DNA of 54,106 nt, filler included, from Sphacelaria rigidula (taxonomy: Eukaryota), in NCBI GenBank assembly GCA_964200075.2. It is 4 parts of 4 records of this genome, joined end to end, with 100 filler letters (N's around TTAATTAATTAA, not from the genome) between each part and the next. Parts side by side here need not be neighbours in the genome. Positions count along the whole stretch, not along the records: positions 1 to 13,452 come from CAXNAA020002876.1; 3 more parts are not named here. One strand, 5' to 3'. The notes below the pieces were generated by a model. That model made no database searches and had not been told where the DNA came from. It saw only the letters and a program-made list of their open reading frames with translations. Made by a program: the position numbers and the translations under genes. Shown here one piece after another: positions 1 to 13,020 of this stretch; the stretch's first letter is position 1, and each line of letters begins with the position of its first letter.

Positions 1-1220
1 CTTGCATTTGGATGACAGCCTACAATGAGTTGCTTTATTATCTGGTATCGCCACTTCTGCGCACGGGGGGGGGGGAGGGATCGCTGTGTGAGGGTTACTA
101 TACCTCATTATTGATGCTCTTCTTTCATTTACATCCATTTTTGATCCATTCTTGAGTGAAAATGGATAAAAAGTGAAGCCATTGAGTAAGGCCCTGATTC
201 ATCATTATCTGGTGGTCACAGTCAATACAACCTGACCCGTCACTCAACGCACAAGCCGAGAGGCAGCAAGCTTTCATGTTTCATCCACGGCTACTCCAAG
301 TGTGGCTTTCCACCAACCACTATAAAAGCGTTGATGATAGAATGATCGTGGCTGGGTAGTAACCACACTCTAGACAACATGGGGCCGGTAATCGCAACAG
401 AAAAAAAAGGGCGTCGCGTAAAGTACAGTCTATTACGCCTTCAACTGAAGTTCAATATCTTATCAAGAGTCGCAAGAGAAGAAAAAAAATGAATAGCGTG
501 AAGTATACCCTACTGCGCCTACTGCTGCAGTTTCAACTGTCCCTCTTTGACCAGGGTGTGGTAGAGGTGGATATCGAGTTCTTGCCACAGGAGCACGTGG
601 TCGGTCGTTCCAAACTATTTTCCGCGGGGGCACACACACACATACACACACCTCGCTCCTCAGAAATTGCACGTCTCACTGCGTCCACGACGTGCACAAC
701 TGAAAGATGAGGTTTTTTACTACCTGTACAACATTCAGCTAAGTGCGGCGGGCTTTTGTCGTTTTTCTCCCACAAGAAGTGGTCTCGAGAAGAGTTACCA
801 TGAACTGTCCATGAGTTCAATTGTTGGAACAGTTTGAACACAAAATCAGACACCACTGCAAATGGATCACGGAATTCAACCAAACTCAATACGATCATCT
901 TTTGGTTTGATTTTTCGGAACAATTTCCATCCCGACTGTTTTGTTCACATACTTTCTTTCTACATGATAACGAACCGCCGGGTCACTCAATAAACCTGTG
1001 AACACGCCAAGAATGTCGCTGGATTGAAAATGCCTAACCAAAAACAGAAGCCCAATAATAATCAACACATTGAGCAATAAATTACATCGCCAGTGTACTG
1101 CGTGCAGTATCGACTATCGTATCTAATGTAGTAGACGAAAATGCGAAAAGGTGATATCTTGACCGACACTAGTGGGAATTTATCCCTTTCATGTGGTTGT
1201 CCCCACGATAAATTCCGAAC

Positions 1221-1665
1221 TGTACGCAGTACATTTTCGACAGAGCAGCCTGTCGTTCACGGTGTGCAGTAAAAAGACACCACTCCATGATACATGTACG
1301 CATATTCTCGACCCGACGCCCAGATTGGAGCTTTTTCCCTCACCGTGAACAATGTATGGTCAAAAGCTGCAACAGACAAAAAATGTACTGCGTGAAGTAT
1401 AGGCCTATCCTCCACCCAGTACATTTCCATCTATTGCAACTATTGACGATGTATCAATACATTTTCGACAGTGCAGTCTGTCGTCCACGGTGTGCAATGA
1501 GAAGACACCACTACATGATACATGTACGCGTATTCTCGACCCGACGCCTAGCTTGGTCCCTCTTTTTTCACACCGTAGCTGCAATAGACAGAAAATGCAC
1601 TGCGTAAAGTATAGGCCTATCCCCCACCCAGTACATTTCCATCTACTGCAACTATTGATGATGTA
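1221..1665. repeat. Tandem duplication, ~228-bp unit, 2 copies
   Basis: acattttcgacag at 1231 and 1459; both copies share atgatacatgtacgc..ttctcgacccgacgcc and aagtataggcctatcc..cacccagtacatttccatcta; the second copy has a short deletion. Confidence 0.9.
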
Positions 1666-3157
1666 CTGTCCATGATGTGCTCTTTTCCCACCCTACACCA
1701 GATATCTCTGAACCTCACGCCCAAGCTCTTCTCTCAAAGCTTCCCTTAGCATACTAGAGGGTCTCCCTGCACCTTGAGTGCCCCCATCTTCCAGTCACGA
1801 CTGGATTCGGTGGCGGATCAGTCAGCTACTGCACGACAACCCCCCAACGCGCCAATCAAGCCTGCATTCGACCAACCTGCAAAGCCGTGATAGCAGCATC
1901 TTTTTCCGTGATGACGCAATGGAGCCGCTCATTCTCCTCCGCGACGCCGCCCAGCGAAGCTTTGCTCGACGTCTTGCTTCCCATCCCCATCCTGTGACAG
2001 CAGTACATGTTTTCGACACGAATGTACATTTCCAAGAGTATTGTCATCATCCAACACGACGCGTAACAAAGACGGTGACAAATGACAACATCTAAGCGAT
2101 GGGAGCTGCTGGAACCCCGAAGGGAAAAACAGCGGCGCGGGAGAAAACTCCCCTGTAGAGGATGTCCGTTCATGTATTTCACAAAGCCATGTGCCTGAGG
2201 CCCGTCATTTACACCTTATTCTTCGGGTCTTGTCTTGGCTTTGCTTCTTGTTTCCTCTTGTTTTCTCTTTCTCAGTCTACTCCGTGTGTTTTGCTTTCAT
2301 GTTTCCCTCGTTTTTCTTCAGCGAGTGTTTCCATTTTATATCATCTTGGTCACGTCCATCATGTGGATAATGACCACGGCTGGATCATGACTACTCGGGG
2401 GACAGCTCAAGTGCGACAACCAATCACTCAATCAACAATTTTGTGTCATTATTGGGATAATCTACCAAACAAAACGGACGGAAATGTTCGAGAGCAAGTA
2501 TGCAACTTCAAGATAACATCATTGTGGCAATGAGTGCAATGACGTGAAAAAAATGAAGAAAAAAACGATCATTGTGCTCCGTGAGCTTCAGCGCCAAAGT
2601 CCCATATTAATATTTCAAGAGCACAGTAAGGGCGGTTTGGGAAAGAGCTTTCCCCTCCATGCCACTCTACTTTCTTCCTCAGGGGGCATTCATTTTATGG
2701 CTCATTTCTGCGAGGCCAGAGCCCACTTCCTGCCAGAACCATCATTACCGACGCTCGAATACACAAGGCCGACTTAGCTGAGGGCGGCGCGCCGGACTGC
2801 CGACCTGCAAGAAAGCATCCCATACACTACACCACTAACTGATTTTGTCCTCCGTTTGTCCAAAAAAACCAAACAAGCAAAAATCCATAAACGGCGAAAA
2901 ATAAACTCCCGTGTTCGCCTTCCTCCTGTGCAACCCCGGCTGATGGGCCCACATACAGCGAAAGATGTAGACTGGAGCCCACAATGCATGGGATGACTAC
3001 ACACAACTCGCAACACCACACAGAGTTCACCATCCCTGAAACACACCATATATATCCGACTGGCGTACTCGTTCGGGGCGATGAAGTCATCAGTAACCCT
3101 GACAGTCTCGAGCAAAATAGGCACCACACACTACCAACAAGTATAGTATTTTGTCCT

Positions 3158-3365
3158 TTAGCTTCAGTAGGGGGAAGGGGACGTACGTATCGTTGCTTGC
3201 CTAGTCGGTTGACTATTATATTGATCACGCATCCCTTTCGAGACGGAGCACTTAGCTTCAGTGGGGTAGCCAGATAACGCCGCTGCTGGTGGGGGAAGAG
3301 GGGGTGTGGATGGGGGGGCGTACTCATTTCTTGCTTGCCTCAGTCGTCCGACCATTGACCACGCC
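3158..3365. repeat. Two tandem partial copies of a dispersed short repeat (same family as 52044-52228)
   Basis: Both copies start ttagcttcagt (3158, 3252) and contain ttgcttgcct..agtc..gac..attga(t/c)cacgc, matching gtactcatttgttgcttgccttagtcatttgaccattgaccacgcatccctttcgag near 52069-52125. Confidence 0.75.
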
Positions 3366-3499
3366 AACATTCCGGCGCTCATCACGATTCTTCCATGCAT
3401 TACACATGAACCTTCTACACATCTTATCCCCGTCCCGTTTCGCCGTCTGCGACCACCATATTTTTCCTAGTACAGCCATCGATTCCTCCCCACTATCGG

Positions 3500-3698
3500 C
3501 GAGGGGAGGGGGAGCGGGGGGGAGGGGGGGGGGGGGGGGGGGGGGGGGGAAGAACCCCCCCCCCCAACCCCTCCCCCCCCGCTGTTGAATGGCCCCCCGC
3601 TTAAAATATTTTGCCTCNNNNNNNNNNGCTCTCTCCCTTTCGTCTCTTTCTTCCTCCCGGGCGCAGGCGCCGCCGCGGCCCGGGGGGGGGGGGGGGGG

Positions 3699-3733
<35 letters not shown>

Positions 3734-3735
3734 CT
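3500..3735. other. Poly-G/poly-C low-complexity tract around a 10-N scaffold gap (3618-3627)
   Basis: Long G and C homopolymers flank the gap; base calls here are probably unreliable. Confidence 0.85.
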
Positions 3736-6200
3736 GGTGTAATAACCCACTCTCCATGACCTGACCCGCCTACTGTATATATGACCCCCGTCTAGAATAT
3801 TATCATCCTCTTCACTCTGGCGACTATCCCGTCACCTCCGTCTGTCACAGTTTTACTCGTCCTGATCCTTGCTCACTTGCAAGATCCTTCAATCTCCCAG
3901 TCCACCTTCTGTACCCACATGGTCGGTATATCCCCACACTGACTGAGAAGCTATTACCCGCGCACTCACAGTCCTGGGTAAGATGAGTTTCAACCACTGT
4001 AGCCGAGAGTCCCTAGCACAGGGTAGCAGGAAATGCCTCTCAGTAAGCAGCTTCGATCATTTACGTAATCCGGCTTGTTTTGGTTGGGGAGGTAGATGTC
4101 TGACGATTGATGACATGAGGACGATGGATCGATTATAGTAGAGACCAGGCTTGAAAATGTGTGAGCTGTCATCATGCCTATTCTGGACGTCAGTCTACAC
4201 CTGTCGGTACCTGTCCGCGCATCGGTCGGAGTCACACAGGGGACAAGGTCAACTCAGGAGTGTAATCCCGTTCTTTTCTAGTATTCTTTTTCTTCATCGC
4301 GAGACAGGTTCGGCGGTCAGTTTCTCTCGTCGACCGTGAAGTCGACCTCTGCGTACCCATGACATGGTCGCTCTGCACTGTTGAGCATGATATGAGAAAA
4401 AAAAAAAGGAGGACGTGTGACGCCACCGAGGGCTGGAAGGACGGACCACAGGCGGGGAGGTGTCGGGGTTGCCAATCGTGCCTGTGGGGGAAGCGGGGGC
4501 AGGGTAGAGGTTTGAACGCACGTTCCAACCGCCAGAAGGTTTCGAGTTTACCAACCGAGCCAGAGGGGCGACCGGCGCATAGTGAAATGTAATGCGTGAG
4601 ATTTCAACAAGTGAAGAAAACTTCGCCATATACTTCGCCTCGTATTTGTGCATTATTTTGTCAGGTCTCCCATGAAAAAACGACGTTGTGGAGATCCGTC
4701 AAAGCATCAGATATGAAGGGCAAAACGACGCAATGAGGCATTACCCTCAATATTTCCGCCGCAGGCCTTTTTTCCATGTCGAAGATTGTTTTCGATTACA
4801 AAATATTGTAGAAAAAATCAGCAGGCCTTCGTTCACGACCCGGACCACATGTTCATCTCTAATGCGAAAAAGTGGGCAATGGAAGCTCACGACATTCTTC
4901 ACTTACAATATGAGTTCACTATCTGCACATCCTAGACTACTACGTTTGACAATATACGTCATTCGGGCGGAGGGGGAGCACCAGGACCAAGTGACTGCAT
5001 GCAATCCGCGGGGGCGAACAACTGCAGAGAGAGATGAGGATCACCCCGCCTGTGCTGTCGTAGGAGGAGTATGTGGTACAACAGAGGATAGCCGCCAAAG
5101 AGCTAGAGTCAAGCTCTACCAATGTGTACGCTGGTACCAGTTAGTTTGGCTTTCTCCGCACTCGGGTACGACGTATTGTATTGTGTTTTGGAGGCGTTTC
5201 TTTCCGTTACCCTGTACATTCGCAAAAAAAGCCAGGATTTGCTTCTGCAACATTAGGTACACACCGGATTTTCTATTCATAGTATACTTCTGTAGTATGG
5301 CTGGGAAAACAGCGCATCATCAACGCCTCCTTCCTCGCACACAGCGAGAGTTTAATATGTGATGCCGGGTACAGATTTATACGCCTGGCGATAACTTACA
5401 CGTGACAATCAGAAAAAAATCATACTACGTCATCGCAAGGAGAAGGGTCCCACTACCAATCGGTACCGACCTCCACTTGTGAACCATCCGGTTGTTTGAA
5501 GGGAGGAGGGTCCCGTTAGTTGGGGGTTTTCGTCGGAACCCCGAACGGTGAGGGTTGCTCCCTCGGTAGTCTGTCTAGTCGGTCTCGGCATTTTTTTGGA
5601 GAAATGATTCCCGAGTAGAATCAATTCGTCCTGTTGTTGCTGTGGGCCCCATGTATGATGTGGACGTTTCACCATGTACAGCTAGCGGGCTGAATGCAAG
5701 AATACGCGGAACGCCCAAAGCAAAGGCGCACTTTTGACCTAACGACAGCCCTTCCTCAGCTACAAGTAAAAAGGTTCAGGTCGCGGAAATCGGTTCCAAG
5801 GGGGATTGCCGACACCAAAATAAAAACCGAACCGGGCGTGACTGCGCACCGTTTGCGCCGTTCAAGACTGTAATGGCTACCGTCCACGTTCGTTCTCATT
5901 CAGGGGTTGCTAGATCCAGCGCCCCAAAAAGTGCACCATGCTCAGTCAACCAAGAGCTACCTTGCGGGGTGAGCGATATTGGATCGCGGGTGGTAAATAT
6001 TTGTGGCGTAAGTGTAGTGCTGTGTGCTTTATCCTGACTTCATGTTCCTAGCCGCACAACTTGGTTGCCGCAAGATGGCCATGGCACGGCGTTTTCACCG
6101 TTTGACCAGCTTCATATATTTTTATTTTCAATACTGAGTTTTCGGCATCCACGCTGATTCCTCGCGTGGATCAAGAACATGATGAGAGAAGAAGGTTTCA

Positions 6201-6650
6201 AGGCAGGATGTTATGGCAAACAGATTTTTGGCCCACGGACTCTTCACTTTTGGGCGTTTGACCCACCTTTGACCCCCAAACAGCGAAAATCGCCAACACG
6301 TCTTGGACACTTTGCATCACCCCACAGAGAGGAGCCTAGCCCACTTTTCGGATTCGCTCGGCTCCAAGGTTTCGAGAGTGGCCGCTGAACAATAATCCGT
6401 GTGCAGTAAAATCTACAGCGATCTCCACAAATTATTGGGCAAACTGGCGGGGGTCGGCAAGCACAGATTTTTGAAACCGATTTTTTGTTCAGCGGTCAAT
6501 CCTCTGACCAGGCTCCCCTCTGTGGGGTGATGCGAAGTGTCCGAAACGCGTGTTGGCGGTTTTCGCTGTTTGGGGGTCAAAATGTGGGTCAAACGTCGCA
6601 AAAGTGGACAATCCGTGGGCCAAAAATCTGTTCGCCGGAACATCCGGCCT
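6201..6650. mobile_element. Foldback/MITE-like element with ~135-140-bp terminal inverted repeats
   Basis: 6201-6337 (aggcaggatg...cagatttttggcccacgga...tttgacccccaaacagcgaaaa...catcaccccacagag.ggagcct) is the reverse complement of 6510-6650; a further inner inverted pair ccgctgaacaa/ttgttcagcgg is present. No clear TSD. Confidence 0.85.
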
Positions 6651-7032
6651 CAGATCCCTCGATGAACGGTCCGCTAGTTTTTTCTTTTTTCCCCGTCATT
6701 TTTGTAGCAAATCTCACTCGGACAAAGCATCACCAGATTATCGGTTTTAACACACTCCCTAATGAAGGAGTTGATTGTGTCGTTCCTGTCCTTTTTCTCC
6801 CTTAGTCGAATTTTCCACCTTTTTTTTTCCGCCTCGACCACGTTCATCGTATCACCACTAGGTTTGAAGACCATCAGTTACATGCGACATCCAGCCAAGT
6901 AATCGACCAAATTACCGTCGCATGACCCGCAGCGCAGCCAACCCCGACGCTGTACTGTGGTCGATAAGCTCTTTTCTCTTTCTCTTTGTTATCACCCGTC
7001 GTCAGTGACAACACACCGAGTACATGTGATCA

Positions 7033-7406
7033 AGCCCTGGTCGATAGATATGGCATGCCTTACTCCTTGCCTTAGAGCCCCTTTTCGAAAACGGGTTGCC
7101 TGATAAGGTGTTTCAAGTTTCAACATGCCTTATATAGCATAGGCAAACACATTATACCACAAAAGCAACAGCAGTAAGCCAATCTTATGATAACGCCTAC
7201 TCCTATCATTCGGTTAACCGGAGTGATTGTCTAGGGCAGGTTCAAGGCAAGTCTCAGGCATCCCGACCTATAAACTAAGGCATTTCAGGCATGAATACGG
7301 GGTAAGGCATGCCTTAGCAGTTGCCTGAAGCCGATTATTTTGCCTGAGACGTGCCCAAATCGGTTTGCCTTAGACCCCCCTTCGGCATGTCTTATCCGCC
7401 GGGGCC
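7033..7406. mobile_element. Degenerate MITE with many (t)gcctta/taaggca subrepeats
   Basis: Imperfect TIR (gccctggtcgatagatatggc versus the reverse complement of ggcatgtcttatccgccggggc); the tgcct(t/g)a motif recurs many times in both orientations. Confidence 0.5.
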
Positions 7407-8195
7407 TACACGCGATCAAGCAAAGCAAATGTTTCAGGCGTTGGTCCCCTGCAGATGGAGTGTTAAGCCTCAAACCCAAAATTATCAAGGTGGGAAGGAG
7501 GAATGCAGTCGCTTCATTCGGTTTCGCTTTGTCTGCCGTGTTTGGATTTACCATGGATGGTTGGCAACGTTTGCCCATTGGCGGTCAAACAAAACTTTTT
7601 TTTCTTTTCAACATGACCCGCTGCAGATCGTGTATCACACTGAGAATATAATCTTACACCAAGCAACAGTGCAGCAATGGGGGGCATTCATTCCTCCGTA
7701 AGGTACAACAACCTGCCCTGAAAAGGATGCATTTGGATGGGGAGTGGTGGTGAAGGTGGGGGGAGGGGGCGTGGGCAGAGCCTGCTCTGTAGTTTACCAT
7801 TGTGCGATATCGTTTCTACGGTGTAGGTTTTCTGTTGAAGAGCTGGGGTACATTCGCGCCGGGAGTCCGGTACGTCCGCTCCGTGACAGGCACGGGCGCG
7901 GCCCCAACTTTTTCACACATGGCCGTCGCGGAAACATACTTCTTCACGAAGAATGCTGTGAATGGAGCGCAACAACTGCTGTGGATGATCGCCTCCTCTG
8001 CAGTGCAAAGAACTCACGAAGGTGTGGCTGGAACCAAAATGTTGCACAGTGCTGTACGGTAGGGTGTGCTCAGGTGCGTGGCAGTTCAGCTCAAGCCTGC
8101 CGCAGGTGTGTCGACATCGGAGGAAGAACGCGGAAAAATGACTTTTGTTTATATCCAAGCTCGGTCAAGCTCGGGGATAAAGAAAAACACCGAAC

Positions 8196-8765
8196 TTGGA
8201 GGCCTGTTTGTATTTTGCTGGGAGACAGTACAGTGAAGAAGTAGAGCACAGTATAATACCGCACAGCCGAAAAAGCAAAGCTTGCACAAGCACACAGCGC
8301 GCGGGGAGAGTATTTGTTGAGGTAGAGCCTTGCTGGCTCTTGCCCATCAGCACGGTACGGTGGAGAAGGGCGGCAGTACATGACGCAAATAGTGACACCT
8401 CTGAGAACACCCAATCCTTCACGACACCGACGGAGGTGCAGAGAAGAGCAAAACACGCTGCTTCCCGTCCGCTGGCTGCAATTGGTTCAATAGACGATTG
8501 GGCTTATATCCTACACACCTTCATCTACCAGCATGAAGCGTGGATGATCACCATGGCGTCTTCAAATGGGCGGCCTGGCGATCAGCGAATTCTCACATGT
8601 TGGGCAAACGGACGACACTCTTATCCCGTGTTCCACGTGCGGGCTATTGCTGGGGTAAATCCATGGGAACAAGACGATACGATCACAAGTCGTACTGCAC
8701 TCGACCGACGTGATTTCGAAATCAGCAGAGCAGCAGGGACAGCAGCACGCTCGGGAACCCAGTAA
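8196..8765 (+). pseudogene. Possible OTU-like cysteine protease relic
   Basis: The 189-aa ORF has motif order VEPCWLLPIS ... SIDDWAYILHTFIYQHEAWMI ... RILTCWANGRHSYPV, resembling the OTU Cys-helix / Trp / His-strand layout, but lacks a canonical DGxC. By eye only. Confidence 0.3.
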
Positions 8766-9649
8766 TGGCAGAATCAAGGCCTTCGCCGTTCCCACTCCGC
8801 TTTTTCTCTGCCACTTTGCCCTGCGGGTGCCATAGCTCCAGAATCCTCCATTCATGACAAATGTAAAATGTCAATCAAGAGAATAATACTTGCTGCCCGT
8901 ACGGAGGTGGCAGAAGAGTGCGGTAAAGGAGAGAAAGCCCAACCTGGTCTCGTCACCTTTTACCTTGTAGTATAGAACAATGGTCGCCCAAGCGGCTACC
9001 GCACAGGGGCAAAGTGTGAAAATGCCACGTGAAGAAGCTTTCAATCGAATATGGGCTCCAAGCGCTCCCTTCTCCGCCCTCCCTCAACCCTCACACCCCG
9101 CCACCGCCTCTCCCACCGCGCTACACCGCACGACGCACTACGCTCCGAAAAAATCAACGGCGTACACATCAAATACTGAATTTTCAAAGAGACAGAAAAA
9201 AAAAGCAGGACAGATTTTGAAAAAGAAAGAAAAGCAACCCGACGACGGGGATTCATACCAAAGAGGGCACGGCCGGGCAGCATCCATACCTTGCGAATGG
9301 GCCATGAGTATCCCTCCGACTCAACACCGGCTCTTTGCTGTCCATCCTGCTGAACCGCCTGGAGAGCGCGCGTGGTAGTGTTGTTGAATCGGAGTTGTGA
9401 GCAACTCGAATGACCAACGTTTGTTCATAATTAAAGTATGGCTTGATTTGTGCGGTACATCCTTCTCGGCACAACAACCAACAGTCACAAAGCCACACTG
9501 AAGCAGTGTACCCCGTAGGTCGCGAATGCGCGATTGTACCGATACGTGTACGGTGGCTCGGTATTACAGTTTTTCTTCTTTTTTTTTAAATATTACGATA
9601 CACGCAGTAAGAATGGAGGGAACGAAGATCTCAGTACTTTTATTCACAG

Positions 9650-9801
9650 CCCAGATCCTAGGATATGCGTGAACAAGTCAACATTTGGCATATGATCCCC
9701 AAATTGGAGTATGATCAAAAAGCGTACCAAGAAATTGGACCTCGAGCGAAACGTTTTCGGATTCTGATGAATCCCCACGACCGACGACTGTCTGTGTACT
9801 G
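9650..9801 (+). other. Candidate coding exon of an unidentified (probably decayed) gene
   Basis: Acceptor tacttttattcacag, open frame PDPRDMREQVNIWHMIPKLEYDQKAYQEIGPRAKRFRILMNPHDRRLSVYW, donor gtacgt. Confidence 0.4.
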
Positions 9802-10551
9802 GTACGTAAATACTGCTGCACGTGTCTTCCGCACAGTACCGCGTACAGTCAATACTATTACGCCGCCTTTCGAGCATATTAAGTGCAGTTGCATCCGTCG
9901 CAAACGGTCGTTTTTCACTGGGGTACACCGAACGCGCTCAAGCACCGCCGTGAGGTGTTGCAGTGCCGCCGTATCTTGGTTCCTCGATTGCTCCGGTGCG
10001 AGGGTTGGGCTGACTTGTGAAACTGCGTGGGATCTCGTCGCGCAAAGATCGCACGAAGAAGGGCTGTGGCAGGGCGCTGGTCAAGCCGCGGAAGATTTCA
10101 CTGCTTTTACGGATTATAGATAGACAGACGAGGCGAAGTGACGGCGGCCACAGGCTTTCTGTATTTTGACGGCAGAAAGAGCGTAGCCGCTGAAAAACGC
10201 CGACTTCGTAGTAAGACATATCCGTGGGATCTTTCATCAGATTTAACGGTCACGGGCAGGAGCGGACGCGCTGCGTTGCACCATGTTGCGTGCTGGAGGC
10301 AATAAGCATACATGTGGTCCTCACAGCCGGTGAGAAGACCATCAGAGTGCCTACCGGCGGGGAAAGTCGCTACTCTGGAAATAGTCACATGAATGGCTGC
10401 TGACATTCCCGAGATGTGTCCCAGGGCGGTCGGTGCGGCCAAAATCGATTCGTCGCGAATTGAAAATGTCAGTCCCACTGGGATGGAAAGAAAAAAACTC
10501 GCAAACCATTACAACGAGCTGGTCCGGCCTAGACGCGAATTCGTAGTTTGC

Positions 10552-10848
10552 AAGCCCCGCCTACCCTCAACTACGAGAGTTGGACTTTCAAAATTTCATA
10601 CGGAGAATCAATACAACTTGTAGGGCATAATAATAAAAAGTATATCGGGACCCTGAGTTTTCTATTTTTTCATGATGAATTGAGGACAACATCCAGTATA
10701 TCCATTTTTCAACAAAATGCCGTTTATATCATGAAAAAAACTAAGAAAAACTCAGGGCCCCGAAATTTTTTTTTTGCTATGCCTTGTTCCTTTTCTGTAC
10801 CAAGGTTGAAAGCCCAACCCTCAAAATTGAGGGGAGGTGAGGCGACTT
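10552..10848. mobile_element. Near-palindromic foldback/MITE-like element (~125-bp arms)
   Basis: ccctcaactacgagagttggactttcaa...cgggaccctgagttttct..ttttttcatgat is mirrored by atcatgaaaaaa..agaaaaactcagggccccg...ttgaaagcccaaccctcaaaattgaggg. Confidence 0.8.
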
Positions 10849-11523
10849 AGACACCTGGCCGGTCGAAATTCGGAATAATATTTCGCAGGCCAGTTACCAG
10901 CCTAGGTTTGGTACTTGTGTTTTGAAATTTTGTGTGCGGGACCTCGCCAGAGCATGATGAACCAACAAATGTGACACGTTGTTTTTTTCCATTTTTTATT
11001 CTTGTACGGACGTTTTAGTATCGTAGAGACCATTTTTTTTCACGAGATCGCCCTGAGCTCCCCGAAAAAATACGAAATGAAGGCCCATTCATTTTTTAGT
11101 ACGACGAGCTGGGCCAGCTGACTGATTTTTTTAATGTTTCCGGGGCCGACTGTGGGTAATTCGAGGAGTTAGGCGTGGAAATTTTCACACCCAATTTTCA
11201 TCATCAACACGCGTTTCTCAGGATACCTCGAAAAAAAAAAAAAAAATAAGAGCGATTTGAAGTTTCAGCAAAAACTGGAAAATGTTATAACTCCGTGAAG
11301 GAAAAAATCGGCGGCATCCCCAGAAATGTTGTACGTACTTGCGTGCCGGAGATGGTAGTAACATTTCGGCCGAAAATTCTCTAAATCGGACGCAGCCGGG
11401 CACTTTTTGTATGACACCGCTGCGCCCCTTGAATCCAAGTGAAACAGGAAACTCCACTTATCCAGGTCACAACTTCGAATCACGACATATAATATATTCT
11501 CTTTCTTTCCGTTCCATCGTTAA

Positions 11524-11621
11524 CCCTTTGACGTCGACAGCAGGTCACTTGTTGAATCGGCACGGATTTCACCTGAAGGAAGTATGCATGATCCAAATGG
11601 ACTACCCTCACAGTCAAACAC
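11524..11621. mobile_element. 98-bp piggyBac-like MITE
   Basis: TTAA on both sides (11520-11523, 11622-11625); begins CCCTTTGAC; right end degenerate; interior matches 32207-32308 (aggtcac.tgt.gaatcgg, tgatcca.atggactacc). Confidence 0.75.
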
Positions 11622-13020
11622 TTAAGGTCATGCATTATGCAGTACAATTTTTTTTCTTCAGTCAGCGGCGGTGTTCATTCAGCGGCGGTGCCGTGCGTTC
11701 CCAGTTTGATCTGCAGTTTATCGCGATATGCTCGAGTCGGGCTGGTTTGGTAAACTTGATAGGTTATGGTGTGGCATGCAAATGCGGGATTCACTGCTGG
11801 CCCGGCTCGTGTGCCTTTGCGACTCTCCATGCTGAGTTTCAAATCATAATTTTTAAAAATTGAGCTGAAAAACTGAGATAAGGTTCGAGAACAATGTCCA
11901 TTTCCCCTTCAAACTCCCCTAAAAAAACGAAAAAAAATGAAAAAAAAGGCTGATTGAAAAACAATTACCACGCGCTAGCGATTCTCCACACTGGATTTCA
12001 AAGCACAACTCTCAAAAACTGAGATGCGATATCCAGATTTGGTGCATTTAGTGCCTCTGCTCGCAATATATTGATTTTAGTACGGGATCTTAGATGCGCC
12101 ATATCCCGAGACAGATAACAAGGTGAGGGTATTTATCGTTTACCCGTGATCCAGGGAGCGTCCACACCAAAAATCGGCATCATCTGCCGCATGTATCGTT
12201 CGGGGTTCCACATAGACTCTAGTATGGACGCTATCTCCTTGCGGTATAGGAATTACTAGACAGGGGGTTCAATCAACGAGAAATAATTGATCCATTTTTT
12301 TTTTTTTAACAGATGAGCACCTTCCCCTTGATTAAACGATTAATACGATATGCGGATCATGGCTCAAGTCGTCGGTGTCGATGAGATATTGTTTGGAGAG
12401 CTTAAACCCGCTTTCAGGCTGGACCGACTCGTAGTCATGACCCCCCCCTTCTGACGGGTCGATTCCCTGCCCCCCCCTCCACCCCCACCCCTGAAAAACA
12501 ACTTCTCGTGGTGGATGTATTGAAGGAGTTGACACATCCGTCTGGTGGCTCTATCTATCGCCAGAAGATACAACGCGCTGTGGTCACTCGATTGAGATGC
12601 ATCGCAGTGCATTACAAAAGCATCTGCGATGAGGTGTGACACGGCAGTATATCTTGGTTGCTTGGACGCATGAGTGCATAAGAAACGAAGCAACTCATCG
12701 CATGTACTCCATGTAGCTGACCAGAGCAACCCGAACCTTTAGGTATAACAACTCGTGTTTGATATCCCTTCTTGGAATCCTACGGAGTAGACGACCCTGA
12801 GTCATCAACACAGCCGACAGCAAGTTGGAGCTACCCGTGATCGTCTTTGAACAAACTTCTGATCACCAACTCTCCGACTCGCACGTGTCGCCTGCCGCTG
12901 GGGCAAACTAGTGGAGCATTCTTAGGAATCTCGATAGGGCTATCCCTCGCCCCTTGCCTTCCCCTCTTCCCTCCCCTGTCCCCCAACAGTCTGTTTCGCC
13001 GCAGCAGCTGTACCCAGTTG

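Noticed and set aside
3289-3757. Poly-Gly/Pro ORFs and G-quadruplex-like tracts
   Set aside because: Homopolymer runs at a scaffold gap; sequence is unreliable.
4688-5362. 224-aa ORF
   Set aside because: No recognisable motif, GTG start, and composition typical of a chance ORF or decayed sequence.
10107-10478. RING-like pattern LLTGCEDHMYAYCLQH
   Set aside because: Too few correctly spaced Cys/His ligands to support.
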